A stretch of DNA of 64,000 nt from Rhizophagus irregularis (Eukaryota). The notes under the pieces were generated by a model that was not told the DNA's origin, ran no database searches, and saw nothing but the letters and a program-made list of their open reading frames with translations. The stretch spans positions 5,580,001 through 5,644,000 of the forward strand of contig NC_089430.1 in assembly GCF_026210795.1 (NCBI RefSeq), given 5' to 3'. A program made the position numbers and the translations under genes. Shown here piece by piece: positions 1 to 13,335 of the stretch (positions within the stretch are counted from its first letter, which is position 1; every line of letters begins with the position of its first letter).

Positions 1-3000
1 GAAGTAAGTAAATTTCTAATATCTGAATACCATTTTGTTTCTTTCCGTTGTGAAAAAATAGGAATATAAGCCTTAATAAGAATTTCTTTCCATAATAATA
101 AACGAGATTTATCACCTGAAATAATTTGATCTAAAAATAAAATATTCTTTTCACGAAGTCTCTTCCTATGTTTAGAATAATATGCATTATCTACCACGTC
201 TTCCAAAGGAATTTTACCTCCTTTAATTAATGGAAAAGTATTATCATCTAAAGTTTTTAACGAAATATTATTATCATAGCATAATAAAAGCATATTAAGA
301 ATATAATTATTTTTTCGTGTATGCGGAACACGATTATAAGGAAGTTTTTCTAGCAATGGACGCGATGTCCATAGTTGATCCTGTAAGGATTTTAAACGAA
401 TTTCAGTAACTTTTCCTAATAGACCATTGTTGTTAAGTTGAATACAAAAATCCGTAATTTTGGCTTGAAGTTGATTATCATAAAAATCTCTATATCCATA
501 TATGTAGGGATTATCAAGTATAGCGTTAGGCGCAGAGCGAGCAAATTTCAGTTTGTTTTTAAACATCCTTCGAAAAGGAATAATTAAAGCTTCTGTCTGA
601 GTTTTTGATAAAGCCATAACTTGAGACCAGTATTCAACTCTAGGAACGATAATTCTATTAAATATATATAAAATATGTTTATCAGTAATCTTCTTTTTAT
701 ACATAAGATTAACTAAATGGTCTATTTCATTCTTGATCTTGAACATTAAATAATTTCCATCATGTTCAATATTAAAATACACTCCCAGGATACGCATAGG
801 TTCGTGTGGATGTTTGGCTTTAATATTAATTACTTTACGACCAAACTTGATTGAAATTTTATCATTGTAATTATGAGAGTATTTACGCTTCTCAGTAGTA
901 GTCCTCATCATAAGCTCAGATTTTTCTTTGTTGATTTGAATATCGTTAAGACGATAAAATGTATCAGCGATGTATAACATCTTTTCCAATTTTGATTTTT
1001 CATCAGTAATCCATTGAGTATTATCCATATACGCCATAATGGAGACATTTTGTTGATTAATAACACCTTCTTCTTGAACAACTGATTTTGATATGCAAGA
1101 AATATTATATCCTAATTGTTGTTTATCAATTTCTGCTAAAAGAGGATCGTAATAAATACACCAAAGCAACGGTGAAATTACTTCTCCTTGATCAATTCCT
1201 GTAAGAACATCATAAGGTGCAGTTTTTCCATATGCAGTGATTACTTGATTTTTTCTATCTTTAAAAGTTCTAAAATGAGGGATGAAAAATCGTTAGGAAT
1301 TTTAATTCTATCCATTGCTTTTTTGAGTTGAAAGATGTTCACACGATCATAAGCCTTTTCCATATCCTGAGAGAGTATCCATAATTCATTATTATTATCG
1401 ATTGAATCTTGAATAACTTCGTTCATAATCCTTATCGGTTCAAATGTTGATTGTTTAGGCAGACCAGCGAATTGGTTTGCCTTTAATACATTATTATCTT
1501 TCAAAATAATTGCTAAACGACGATTTAGCAAGGAAATGAGTGCTTTTCGAGTGGTTTCTAAAAGAGTAATAGGGCGAGAGTTTGATAATTCACAATTAAA
1601 AGGTTTAGGTTTAGCAATAGGAAAGACCGTCGCTTCTTTCCATTGTTTTGGTAAATATCCCAATTCTATAATCTTACAAATCAAATAATATAAAATATGA
1701 TTACAATCATCACTTAAATGTTTCAACATTTCATTCGACACGCCAGAAGGTCCTGTTGCTTTTCCATTAGATAATTGTCGAATAATATCTAACCATTCAT
1801 CAAAAGATGGAGCGTCCATAATGCTAGAATATATATTTTCGTTAACATGAGGCTGTGGTTTATATTGATCTTTCCATCTGCCTTGTATTGGTTTCTTTCT
1901 ATTAACAGAGCCTGCTACAGTTTGAAAATGATGATTTGTTTCTTCCATCACCTGATACTCATCTGTAATTAAAACTTCATTACCATTATGATCTTTCTTA
2001 TAAATTTTTTCAATTGAAATAGAAACCATTTCTTTTTCTGTAATAGATTGAATCATTCTCCCTTGATCATCTTTATAATTATCACATCGCTTCTTGATGT
2101 TAGAGATAATTTGTTCTTGTTCCATAATGTTAAGTTCAAGTTTAAAAACAATTCTCAATTGTTTCCTGATTTCATTAAGTTCGTCAAGATATCTATGGAA
2201 CTGATCATTATCTAAGAAATTAAAAATATTATCAGACGTAACTAACTCATACTTGTCTTTTAATTTAATTATCGCGTTTTGATAATTAATCCATTTGTCG
2301 ATCATTTCCTGATTCAGATAGTTTCTTAATCCTGTGATACATGAGCGAATTTCTTGAATACGATTAATGATATATCTTAAATCAAAGTAAACTGACAACT
2401 TTTTCTCAGGAGCACATTTGAATTTCCGTTTAATAATCTTTTTGTTTCTAATATTTTTGTTAGCAGATTTCATTATAAGTTGTCTAAGAGAATCCCACAC
2501 ATGATCAATATGTTTTCTTTTCGTGATCACTCGATCTTTTAATTTTATTCTTTCAATTTCATGATCCAAACCAGCACGGAAATTATCCCATGTAAATTCA
2601 TCATCATCCTGATCCATTTCATCATATAAAAACACAGTACGAGTTAGTTTCTTTTTATTTTTGTTAATCTTAGGTAATGTTTTTCTGATAAACAATTGTG
2701 TATCAAGTGATAAAGTGACAGTATTATGATCCGTAGTAAAATGATCATTTTCTATTACAGTACTATTCAAACTTTGTCCAAGTATCGGTAATGAAGCCCA
2801 AATATAATCAATTCGTGATTTTTCATTTGAATTATTTGGCGGAATATAAGTATATATATTTTCGTCATCTTCATTAAATATTGGAATTGTATCTAGGAGG
2901 TGTCTGTTTTCTAGCATTTTGAACAATTTGAAATACCATCTATTATTAACAAATGCCATCAAATATTTTCTATAATTAATATTGAAATCACCCATAATGA

Positions 3001-3544
3001 TTATTTCCATATTCTTGTTTTTCGCGTCATCGATAATATATTCGATATATTGATATAATTCCTCAATTTATGTTCTTTCTTTTTTGTTAGCATTAATGTA
3101 CACCTGAATTAATCTAACGTTTTTCTTTTGACTAAAATTTAAGTCTAAATATATAACACGGCCTTTATGACCAACTGCTTTATGAACAAATATATCGTAT
3201 TTATCGCTAACGATAATTCCTACGCCTTGACCTTTACCCCCTTGTTGTGAATAATCAAAATAACCATGGAAACCAAATTGTTGTTGCCATATTTTCGATT
3301 GTCTAAAAAAAAGATTAGTCTCGGCTAATCCATATATGTCAATATCATTATTTTTCATCGCATCTAATGTAAAAATTAATTTATCTTTACTAAGGGTACG
3401 AATATTCGTAGTAGCTATTTTCGTTATTGAAGAATTTTTTAAAGAATTTTTTGTAATAATTGGGTTGTTATTTTCTATTTGGGGGAAATTTTTTTGTTGT
3501 TGTTGAGAAGAAGAAGGGAGAAAATTATTATAATTGTTCATCAT
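1..3544 (-). pseudogene. LINE ORF2 (APE endonuclease-reverse transcriptase), disrupted
   Basis: APE motifs (TTNIR, GLAETN, MGDFN, SRIDYIW, TDH) and RT motifs (RPITLL, QDMEKAYD, GIDQGEVISPLLW, YMDN). In-frame TAA at 3068-3070; 1-bp frameshift near 1263; coding continues in another frame toward position 1. Confidence 0.92.
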
Positions 3545-3553
3545 AAAAAATAA

Positions 3554-5707
3554 TTAAACAGCAGAATCATCAAAAACTTCATCATTATCCCCCAATAATG
3601 ATGAAGCTGAAGGGCCGCCAGCTAACATGTTGTAAAGTGATGAAAGTAAGGATTTAGTTTCCTTGTGGTTTTCTTGTATTTGTTTTTGTTGTGCAACAAT
3701 ACTTTGGATATTTTGATCAGATTTCTGAAATTGTTGTGATTGAAGAATGGATTTTTTTGCTAGTTCATCTTCATCTTCACTTGATTCAGAGTCACTTTTA
3801 CAGCGTTTTTTCGCTGCTTTTACTTCTGCACCAGAAACAGAATGTTGATTTTTCTTTTTCGTACTAGTTGGGACTGGATGCGCTTTATCACATTTAAGCG
3901 CTTGTTGTGCAGTAACAACTTCACTAATTTGCTTGCCAGTGTCACCAATGAGTGATTCCATTTTAAGCATTTTGTCTTCCACCTTTCTTATAGTGGCAAT
4001 AATTTGTTCCTTGAATTTTAAAAACATCGGATGATTATTGAAATCTTCACTATCGTCATCATCATTGTCATGATTGCTGCGAGCTTTTCCTTGATCACGT
4101 GATCCAGATGGAATATTATTATTAGATTTAGAACTATTTCTGGGCTTTTGTTTAGATTTAGCCGCATCTGCATACGACTTTTTCAAATTTTTCCAATTAT
4201 CAGCGCCACTAACAAAACGTTTAGATTGAGATTTGTTAATATCTTTGTTAGTACAGTCTTTGGCCATATGAGTGGGATTACCGCAAATATTACAAATGCG
4301 ATCTTCCTCTTTACTCCAGTATAATTGTCGAGTGCCTGCGTCACCCTTTTTGAATTCAATTTTCATTTGTCTGGCTGCCACCAAATCATCTTGTGAAGAA
4401 AAATGAATGTAAGCGTAGCGACATCTTTGATATTTACCTCGAATCATAACAGCTGGGATGAAACAAGTTTTCCCTTTACATTGTGTCATGACTTCCTTAA
4501 GATCATAACCACTAGTTTGATAATGTAACCCTGATAATCTTAACGAGAATTGCTTCCTTTTCTCACGTTCCTCCTTGCTCAATAACAGGGGTAAAACTCT
4601 AACTATGTCTTTATTAATATGATAGCTCCATTGTTCATGGAAATAATCAATAGAATTAGCATCCTTATACGTAATGAAAGCAACTTGGTAAAGACCAGCA
4701 CCTCGTGTATAAATTTTTTCAATTTCGCCAAGATCTTCAAAGGACTCACGAATTTTGCGTACCTGCCTATACGCAGAAATGTCGATTACTTGAATTGTAC
4801 GACTATTGGAATTTTGTGACGTATCACTATTCTTATCATTTGTAGCAGGCACCTTCTCAGGCTTCAATGGGGTAGGTTGAAGTTTCACATTAAACACTTC
4901 ACCTGAATCACCTTCTTTTTGCTCCTGAATAATAATTTCCATTTTAAGAAATTGGTCAAATTTTTCTTTATCCAAAAACGATACCTTTGCCCCTTGTTTA
5001 CTAAGTTGAACGATAGGTAATTGTGTGTTGTATTGGATATTATACGTCTTCAAAGCCTTTTTAATTTTAGTAAGTTTTGTAGTTTTTCCCCCAAGAAGTT
5101 CACCATAAGGGACGATTGCAATGTGCTCCTTAACCTTTTCAATAGTAATGATCGACGGGTCTTTGTTTGAATTACTAGGATCGACATCCATGGGCTGGGA
5201 CCCTTGATCGGCTTGCAGATTAATCTTATCCTGATTAGGCAAAACAACAGATTGTTGTTGATCCTTATGAGGAGTTGAAGGAATTTCTTTGTTAAGGGTC
5301 GGAATTTTATTGGTTCCATTTACGTTGTTTACAATATTCTGCGGAGGTAAGGGAGGGTCACGTGACAAATCTTTCGCGACCACCTTGGACTTTTCAGTAG
5401 CTTTCCCTTTGTCTATACCAGAAGGAGTTTTGGAGTTTGGGCCATAAGTATCTTGAACAATATTTTTTTCCATATCCATAGCACGTTCAGTTTCCATGGC
5501 CTCTGTTATTTTTTTATCAGAAGTTGGTTGCGGCTTCTTTTGATACGTTTTCCAAATACTCTCGTGATGAGAAGCATTTTCCTTCGGTGCACTGAAGGTG
5601 AACTGGTTTTCAGGACTAGTTGGCCTACTTCCACCGGCTTGGGAATTACGGCTTGAGCTACGTGTTTGTCTACCACCTCTACCACCTCGTTTAGCGTTTC
5701 CAGACAT
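3554..5707 (-). CDS. LINE ORF1 nucleic-acid-binding (gag-like) protein
   Basis: 717 aa open frame; RRM-like segments (VAFITY, YAYIHF) and zinc knuckle CNICGNPTHMAKDC. Confidence 0.88.
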   Translation of the reverse strand: MSGNAKRGGRGGRQTRSSSRNSQAGGSRPTSPENQFTFSAPKENASHHESIWKTYQKKPQPTSDKKITEAMETERAMDMEKNIVQDTYGPNSKTPSGIDKGKATEKSKVVAKDLSRDPPLPPQNIVNNVNGTNKIPTLNKEIPSTPHKDQQQSVVLPNQDKINLQADQGSQPMDVDPSNSNKDPSIITIEKVKEHIAIVPYGELLGGKTTKLTKIKKALKTYNIQYNTQLPIVQLSKQGAKVSFLDKEKFDQFLKMEIIIQEQKEGDSGEVFNVKLQPTPLKPEKVPATNDKNSDTSQNSNSRTIQVIDISAYRQVRKIRESFEDLGEIEKIYTRGAGLYQVAFITYKDANSIDYFHEQWSYHINKDIVRVLPLLLSKEEREKRKQFSLRLSGLHYQTSGYDLKEVMTQCKGKTCFIPAVMIRGKYQRCRYAYIHFSSQDDLVAARQMKIEFKKGDAGTRQLYWSKEEDRICNICGNPTHMAKDCTNKDINKSQSKRFVSGADNWKNLKKSYADAAKSKQKPRNSSKSNNNIPSGSRDQGKARSNHDNDDDDSEDFNNHPMFLKFKEQIIATIRKVEDKMLKMESLIGDTGKQISEVVTAQQALKCDKAHPVPTSTKKKNQHSVSGAEVKAAKKRCKSDSESSEDEDELAKKSILQSQQFQKSDQNIQSIVAQQKQIQENHKETKSLLSSLYNMLAGGPSASSLLGDNDEVFDDSAV

Positions 5708-6051
5708 TTTCTATAAATTGTTAGATATTTACTGCGGATTTTAAGCGTTTTTAACAATTTGTAAGAAAGAGAGTTTTTTTTTTAGTCCCGCAAATCCAAA
5801 TTTTTAAAACAATAAAAAGATATTATTGGGCGTTTTTTATAAAACTAGTAACGATTTTGTTGATCATTTGTTGATCATTTATTTTAAATTTATTATAAAT
5901 TTTGTCACGAGATTTTCTATGGAAATCATTTCTCAATTTGTTATTAAAACACCTGCTGAATTGCCTCGAAATTGAAAATCATTTCCCTTTTTATAAAAAA
6001 ATTTCCTTTTTGGTAAAAAACTCTCAGATTAATCTTATATAACTTTATGTA

Positions 6052-6163
6052 AATGTCAATGACAATGTCAATGTCAGTGACAATGTCAATGTCAATGTCA
6101 ATGTCAGTGACAATGTCAATGTCAATGTCAATGTCAATGTCAATGTCAATGTCAATGACAATG
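6052..6163. repeat. (AATGTC)n hexamer microsatellite with GTGAC/ATGAC variants
   Basis: About 18 tandem 6-mers; explains the spurious DIDID ORF at 5944-6183. Confidence 0.95.
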
Positions 6164-6481
6164 AAAAAAACTTCTAATGCCAACTTTTCGCAAAAACTCT
6201 TCCTGTGCCACTAAAAGTCCCTTTAAATTGTTGCATCATTCAATATTTGCATAATTTCATTTTTTTTTGTTGATCATTAAAATTTCATAAAATATTGCAA
6301 AAAAATAAAAAAATTGTAAAAAAAACGTTTCAGCGTTTTTTCATATAATATTATTAAAAAAAATGCCAAAAACTTTTTTTTTGCATTACTATTAAGAAAA
6401 AAACGTTTTAGCATTTTTCCATATAAAATTATAAAAAAAATAACACAAAAATGTTTTTTCTTCATTTTTTATTTTTTTAAC

Positions 6482-7440
6482 AAAAAATGTCAAGACTGAC
6501 GTCGTTTTTAATTAAAAAAAACCAATATTTTTTTGATTTTTAATCACAAAAACGTCAAGTCTGACGTTTTTAACTAAAAAAATCAATTTTTTTGATTTTT
6601 AATTACAAAATTGTCAAATCTAACGTAAAAAATAATTTTTTGAATCATAAAAATGTCAAATCTGACGTTTTTAATTAAAAAATCATTTTTTTTAATTTTT
6701 AATCACAAAAATGTCATGTCTGACGTTTTTAACTAAAAAAATCATTTTTTTTTTGATTTTTTAATTAAAAAACGTCAAGTCTGACGTTTTTTAACTAAAA
6801 AAGTCATTTTTTTGATTTTTTAATTACAAAAACGTCAAGTCTGACGTTTTTTAACTAAAAAAGTCATTTTTTTGATTTTTTAATTACAAAAACGTCAAGT
6901 CTGACGTTTTTTAACTAAAAAAGTCATTTTTTTGATTTTTTAATTACAAAAACGTCAAGTCTGACGTTTTATAACTAAAAAAGTCATTTTTTTGATTTTT
7001 TAATTACAAAAATGTCAAGTCTGACGTTTTTTAACTAAAAAAGTCATTTTTTTGATTTTTTAATTACAAAAATGTCAAATCTGACGTTTTTAATTAAAAA
7101 AATCATTTTTTTTATTTTTAATCACAAAAATGTCATGTCTGACGTTTTTTAACTAAAAAAGTCATTTTTTTTTTATTTTTTAATTACAAAAACGTCAAGT
7201 CTGACGTTTTTTAACTGAAAAAGTCATTTTTTTTTATTTTTTAATTACAAAAACGTCAAGTCTGACGTTTTTTAACTGAAAAAGTCATTTTTTTTTTATT
7301 TTTTAATTACAAAAACGTCAAGCCAGACGTTTTTTAACTAAAAAAGTCATTTTTTTGTTTATTTAATTACAAAAACGTCAAGTCTGACGTTTTTAATAAA
7401 AAAATCAATTTTTTTTATATTTAATTATAAAAACGTTTGA
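6482..7440. repeat. Tandem array of about 16 ~60-bp monomers, each made of two hairpins
   Basis: Consensus AAAAACGTCAAGTCTGACGTTTTTTAACTAAAAAAGTCATTTTTTTGATTTTTTAATTAC; near-identical copies at 6768-7067. Confidence 0.95.
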
Positions 7441-8845
7441 TGACCCGACCCAAAATTTTCGAGTCAATCTGACAGTATAATGATTATAACTCACTAATAA
7501 TTACCAAGTTACTCTAGTTTTTAATGAATGATTTTGTTGATCCAATTTCTAACAATATTTAAAATAATTTGTATCTAATAAAAAATAAATAAAAATAAAA
7601 AAATAAAAAAATACTATAAATAAAAACAAAACAAAAATTAAGTATTAATAAAATAATTTAAATATTAAATTCCATTAAATAGATATGTTTATTCAACTTC
7701 TATAGATATAATAATATACTAATAATTAAAAGAATCAAATCATTTAATTTTCTAATAATATTTAAAATAAATTATATTTAATTAAAAAAAAGAATAAAAC
7801 TAAAATAAAATCAATGGCCTATTAATAAAATAATTTTTCAATTGCTAAATTGCATATGTAATGTACTAATAATTAAAAAATCTAATTTTTTGACAATTTT
7901 TAAAATAATTTGTATCTAATAATAAAAAAAATATTTTAATTAATAAAATAATTTTAAATACCAAATTACATTAAATACCAATATGTTTATGTAACTTTCA
8001 CATATATTTAATTTACTACTAAATACTAGATAGGTATATTTATATATGTAATTTCCACATATATTTAATATACTAATAATTGAAAGATCCAATTTTTTGG
8101 CAATTTTAAAAATAAAAAAACCAAAAGTCAATATTTTTTCAATAAACCAATTTTTTAAATGCCAAATAACATTAAATAAAATAGTATATTTATTATCTAC
8201 AAAGATAGTATATAATGAATTGGATAATTAAATAATTTATTTATATATTCTTAATGTAATATATATATATTATATTAAAGTAAACTTCTATAAATAGCAT
8301 GTGATGTATTATTTTATAACAATTAGAATAATAAATTAAATTATTAATTAATTATATCAATTATAAATTTTTGTAAATTTTCTTTACAAAATTTTCGTAT
8401 AATATTTATAAAACACAATGTTCATATAACTTTTATATATTAAATAAATAATAAAACAATATCTAGTATTCTGATTTAAAAAAAAACAAATGTCTATTAT
8501 CTGATTAAATATTTACATTAAATTGCTGAAAGCTAAACTGCTTTAGCTTGAAATCAAGTAATTACAAATAGAAAGATAAAATATATATAGCTTGTTGGAT
8601 TGTTTTTTTGAGATATTTTAAATGGTAGCAGTTTTATACCTTTAGGATTAATAAATAAATAATAAAATATTAACATTTTCTTGAAATAATTTTTAATATT
8701 TTTAAATATTTATAAATGCTAATAACTTTTATTTGTTGATAATAGAAATTCCACTATTTAGCATATTTTGATGAGACAAAGACAACAAAATATAATTTAT
8801 TTATTTATGATTACTGAATAATTAGTTAAAATATTTACATTCATA

Positions 8846-9012
8846 ATGCTGGCCAAATTTACAAAAACGGACATAAATGTCCGTTTTTATAATTCCGGCC
8901 AAATTTATGTCCGTTTTTATAATTCTGGCCAAATTTGCAAACGGACATTTATGTCCGTTTTATAATTCCGGCCAAATTTTGCTGGGCGAAATTATCTTAA
9001 TTCTGGCCAAAT
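8846..9012. repeat. Cluster of AATTCYGGCCAAATT motifs and ACGGACAT..ATGTCCGT hairpins
   Basis: Five YGGCCAAATT copies interleaved with ATGTCCGTTTTTAT. Confidence 0.7.
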
Positions 9013-10426
9013 TAATGTGTAACCTTGAAAAAATTTTGCCTTTTTTATAGTTACAAGGTGGTACAAAATGTACATTAATGCAATCCTTGACCATGAGTTT
9101 ATAAGTAAATATCCGGTCAAAAGTTATAAATTTGCCTTATTTGTAATTAAATGTTGGTAAGTTGTTTGGACCAATCAGATCTCGTGGGCTAATCTGGCCC
9201 ATGGGCAGTTTATAAGCTAGGATGTAGTGCACGCCCACTTAGATTAGAAACTATGCCGATCATTTGGCTGGGGTGAAAAAATCTAACAATATTCAATATT
9301 AGAATAATGAGTCCATCATTACTTGCCTTATGGTTGAGAACCGTGAAGAAATAACTATTATTAATTCCACTTGAATTGTGTTATTAAATTATTAACCATT
9401 CAGTGTATTCAATACTATAATTAATGTAACTAGTTATATGACCTTTTTTTTAAAAAAAATAAATAGAAAGAAAGACTGGGAATGACTTGATATTTAACAT
9501 GGCAAAATATATTCAAAACTATTAATTTATCCACGTCTGAAATCCCAATTTTAAAAACAAGAATCGCAAACAAAAATTTCAATATTTACTATGATATATT
9601 ATTTACTTATTTAATGACTTTTTATATAATGAGACGTAAAATATTCTGGTAAATTCTGAGTATTATACCGAACACATGTAATATTTAATTTTAATCATAA
9701 CTAATATTTTTTTACTTGATGAGTAAGTATACGCTAGAAGTTGCTAGAAACTACGAACATCTTTGTAATATAACTAATTTATCAAATTAATATTTTAATA
9801 ATGGTCGATATTAAGTCATAGTAAAGTACGCTCTGTTATATATGACCTTTCTTTCTCTATTCTTGGTTGTCCATCTCCTTCTCTTTTTATCCTCTTCGTT
9901 ATTCTTTCATTTTTGTTAAATGTAAGGTACAACCGACATGTATTAAAATCATACTTTTAACAGAATAAATCTAAAGTTCCTGTGTTTAATCCTTAGTTCT
10001 TTATTATTATTGTTATTATATTATTATTACTGTTATTATTTGTTATATTCCTGATCTATAGGTAAAATAGGAAAGTTTATTTTCAAAAATAATTTTTTTC
10101 TTATTTTAGTGCCACGGTGCAAAGTATTTGACTTTAGCGGAGCATAACTAAAAAACACAGTCTTCAAAAAAAGTTTCTAATTAATTTTTCTTAAATAAAC
10201 CTCAATTATTATTTCCCAAATTCCCTATTTAATTATAAACTTGGTTGTAATCTTTTATGGTTTTCTTCTTTAATTCACAAGAAATCCATAACAACCTTTG
10301 TGATTATAGCGTGGTTATTTATTTTTTACGTTCCGGTTATTTATTAACTTGAACAAATATAAAAACTGCTTGATTTCTTTTAATCTTTATTTTTATTTAA
10401 ATATTTCAAGTTCAAAAATTTAATAA

Positions 10427-12520
10427 TTATACAATTTGTGGTATTACAGTGAATGTTTCTATAGTTTTAAAATGTTTTATCTTGTCGTTTTCAACTTCTA
10501 GTTCTACGTCTGTATTACTATCGCTATCTTCAGCGTTTATTTCTTCATTTAAATTGTTTACATTTGCCTCATTTATAATTTCTTCTCCTTTCTTATCCTC
10601 TTTATTTTCTTCTTTATTTTTGTCTTTAACACCCTCCTTAATTTCATTAACATCTTCTTTCTTAAATTCATCTTTAACATCCTCTTTCTTATCCTTATTT
10701 TCATCTTTAACTTCCTCATTCTCACCTTTAACATCTTCTTTCTCATCGTTATTTTCATCCTCAACTTCTTCCTTCTCACCTTTAACATCATCTTTCTTAT
10801 CCTTATTTTCATCCTTAACTTCCTCATTCTCACCTTTAACTTCTTCTTTCTCATCATTTTCGTTCTTAACTTCTTCCTTCTCACCTTTAACTTCTTCTTT
10901 CTCATCCTTATTTTCATTCTTAATTTCTTCCGACTTTGTTTCATTCATTTCCGTTAAATTAGCAGATGCTGCTTCTTCAGATTTTACGTCTTTGTATTTT
11001 GCGACTAATTCATAAATCTTTTCTGGGATAAGATCAATTTCACTGCGATATAAGATCATGGTCATCATAACTTCACAAGGAGGTAATAAATTTTCAGGAA
11101 TTTTTTCAAGAATATCATGAGGAAATTCAGCTTCAGGATTTTCAACGACACTCTTATACATTTTTTCAATTTGATAATGAGTGCAATAACCAAGATTAAG
11201 TTGTACGTCCATACGACCAGGACGAATACAAGCAGGATCAAGATGTTCAACATGATTTGTTGTCATAATAATTATATTTCCTTCGGCCAAAATATGACCA
11301 TCCAAGCATCCCAAAAAAGTCGATAAACTAAATTCAGCAAATGCATCAATTTTAACTTTATTATCATCATCTGAATTATCATCACTTTTATCGAAAGATT
11401 TCATTAAAGATGATAACGAGGAATTAAATGAACCAGAATTACTTGTACGTTTATGAAGAACTTTTGATTGTGTATCAACATCTTCAAGTACAATAATTTG
11501 ATTTCCTGGAACACCACTAAATGCAGCATTTAATTCATTATCATTTTTAATATCTTTAAGATTTAAATAATAAATATCACGAGATAATTGGGAAGAAATG
11601 GCATTTATTAAACTAGTTTTTCCAGTTCCTGGTTTACCATATAATAAAATACCACGTCTATAAGGTACTCCAATTCTTTCATAAAAACTTTTATCATTCG
11701 CAAATGTTTCCAATTCTTTTTTCAATAAATTTTCTTGTGATTCATTTAATGCAACACTATCTAACCCTCGAGAAGAAGATAATGTTTGAACGAAATTCCA
11801 ACGATTTTTACTTCGTTCATATCTTGAACGTACTTTTGATTTTTTCAGAGTTTTTAAATAAGATCTTACAATTTCATTTAAAAATTCAGTTGTAACAGTA
11901 ACATTTTCTTCCTCTGAAACTTCAACGGTTGTTAAAAAAATTGAAGGTTTCGATTGTTTACTTCTAGATATTGAACCACTACCTTCATCATCAACATTCT
12001 CTTGTCCGGGAATTTTATATGTAACAGAATATTTTTTTTCTTTATATTCAATTGTAATTCGATGATTTTTTTCTGGAAGAACGTTAATATTTGGAGGAGC
12101 GCAATCATCATCAACACCATCATTTTTGATAGTATCGACAGTCTGAATAACGAATGAACCATCATTTAATTCTTTTGTTTGTTGGGAAATTAACCAAGAC
12201 AATGCTTCATAAAATACATTTGTATAAGAGTAACCATATTTTCCTTGAGTATAATATTCAATTTGCATTGTAACATTTTTTTTATTTCCCCATTTTCCCC
12301 ATGGAGTTCCTGTATTTGAAAGAAATTGAACCAATGCAGGAATTGAAGTGGAAATTGTAGATGCTATAACAGTCGTTATAAACATATCAACCGCGATAAT
12401 TCCAGTCAAATAAAATTCTAATTTTGATGGGAGATACGCCAAAAGAATTGTATTCAATTGCGTTTGAGTAAATAAAATAGTCAAAGGTTGAAAAATTTGG
12501 GAGTAATTAACTTTAGGCAT
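10427..12520 (-). CDS. BCS1-like AAA+ ATPase with acidic repetitive C-terminal tail
   Basis: GVPYRRGILLYGKPGTGKT (Walker A), IIVLEDVD (Walker B), MTTNH, LDPACIRPGRMD; N-terminal hydrophobic segment; no introns. Confidence 0.92.
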   Translation of the reverse strand: MPKVNYSQIFQPLTILFTQTQLNTILLAYLPSKLEFYLTGIIAVDMFITTVIASTISTSIPALVQFLSNTGTPWGKWGNKKNVTMQIEYYTQGKYGYSYTNVFYEALSWLISQQTKELNDGSFVIQTVDTIKNDGVDDDCAPPNINVLPEKNHRITIEYKEKKYSVTYKIPGQENVDDEGSGSISRSKQSKPSIFLTTVEVSEEENVTVTTEFLNEIVRSYLKTLKKSKVRSRYERSKNRWNFVQTLSSSRGLDSVALNESQENLLKKELETFANDKSFYERIGVPYRRGILLYGKPGTGKTSLINAISSQLSRDIYYLNLKDIKNDNELNAAFSGVPGNQIIVLEDVDTQSKVLHKRTSNSGSFNSSLSSLMKSFDKSDDNSDDDNKVKIDAFAEFSLSTFLGCLDGHILAEGNIIIMTTNHVEHLDPACIRPGRMDVQLNLGYCTHYQIEKMYKSVVENPEAEFPHDILEKIPENLLPPCEVMMTMILYRSEIDLIPEKIYELVAKYKDVKSEEAASANLTEMNETKSEEIKNENKDEKEEVKGEKEEVKNENDEKEEVKGENEEVKDENKDKKDDVKGEKEEVEDENNDEKEDVKGENEEVKDENKDKKEDVKDEFKKEDVNEIKEGVKDKNKEENKEDKKGEEIINEANVNNLNEEINAEDSDSNTDVELEVENDKIKHFKTIETFTVIPQIV

Positions 12521-13335
12521 GATTGATTTAATTTACTTTTGAAAAAAGTATAAAAAATTGGTAATTGATTGTTATAAAAATTTGAAAAAAAAAAATTTTT
12601 TTTAGAAAATTTTAATCTTTTTTAATTTGTGTTTATATATTTTTTTTTTTATGTTTTCAAACAAAATTTATTTTATTATTTTTTTTAAAAAAGTGCGATG
12701 TAAGCGATGTATATATGTGTGTTTATAAATAAATAAATATATTTATTTTTTATAAAATTATTCAAATTGAATGATCAATTTTTGAATGATCTAAAAGCCA
12801 TGAAATTCTTCCTCCATTATTTATACGTTTCTTTAACTTTCCGCAGTCCATCTTTCGAAAAACAAAAATTAGATAAACTCCGGTAGTATTAATCGATGAT
12901 CATTTATGGGTCTTTATATCCCCGTATGTAAATGATCGACACCATTAAAGATTCATTTGTCACTGCGGCTTTTGAGAATTGTGCATATCCGTAATTGATA
13001 AATATGGTAGGTCTAGCTTTTTACCGTTCGACTTGGTTGTTAGAAATACATTTTAATAGCTATTGTTCTTTGGTTCTAATTAATATTTCCAAATAAATAC
13101 TTTTTAGATAACACTCAAAGTATTATATTCAAATTTGAAATAATTATATAAGGCAACATTCTCGTAATATTATATAAAACTAAGAAGTTTTCAATCGGAT
13201 ATTTGACAAAAAAGGCTGCATGGTTGTTTATTATGTGAATATCGGCTTGGCCATATTTGGGAAGCACATTTTGACAGTTTTAACAATTGCGGTAAATGAC
13301 ATGAAAAAATGACCAAATGATAGCGTCATTTTAGA

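Larger units (their letters stand above)
1..5707 (-). mobile_element. LINE (non-LTR retrotransposon), ORF1 + ORF2, 3' end runs off the window
   Basis: ORF1 with RRM-like regions and CCHC knuckle, followed 9 nt later by APE endonuclease + reverse transcriptase coding sequence. Confidence 0.95.

Noticed and set aside
5944..6183. DIDID ORF
   Set aside because: Translation of a hexamer microsatellite
6482..7440. CRISPR-like appearance of the palindromic 60-bp array
   Set aside because: No unique spacers, no cas genes, eukaryotic context
7500..8300. Loose duplications in extremely AT-rich DNA
   Set aside because: Short matches, no defined period or termini
10449..11015. Antisense Ser/Leu/Phe ORF and alternative-frame Lys/Arg/Met ORF
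   Set aside because: Shadows of the repetitive acidic tail of the ATPase
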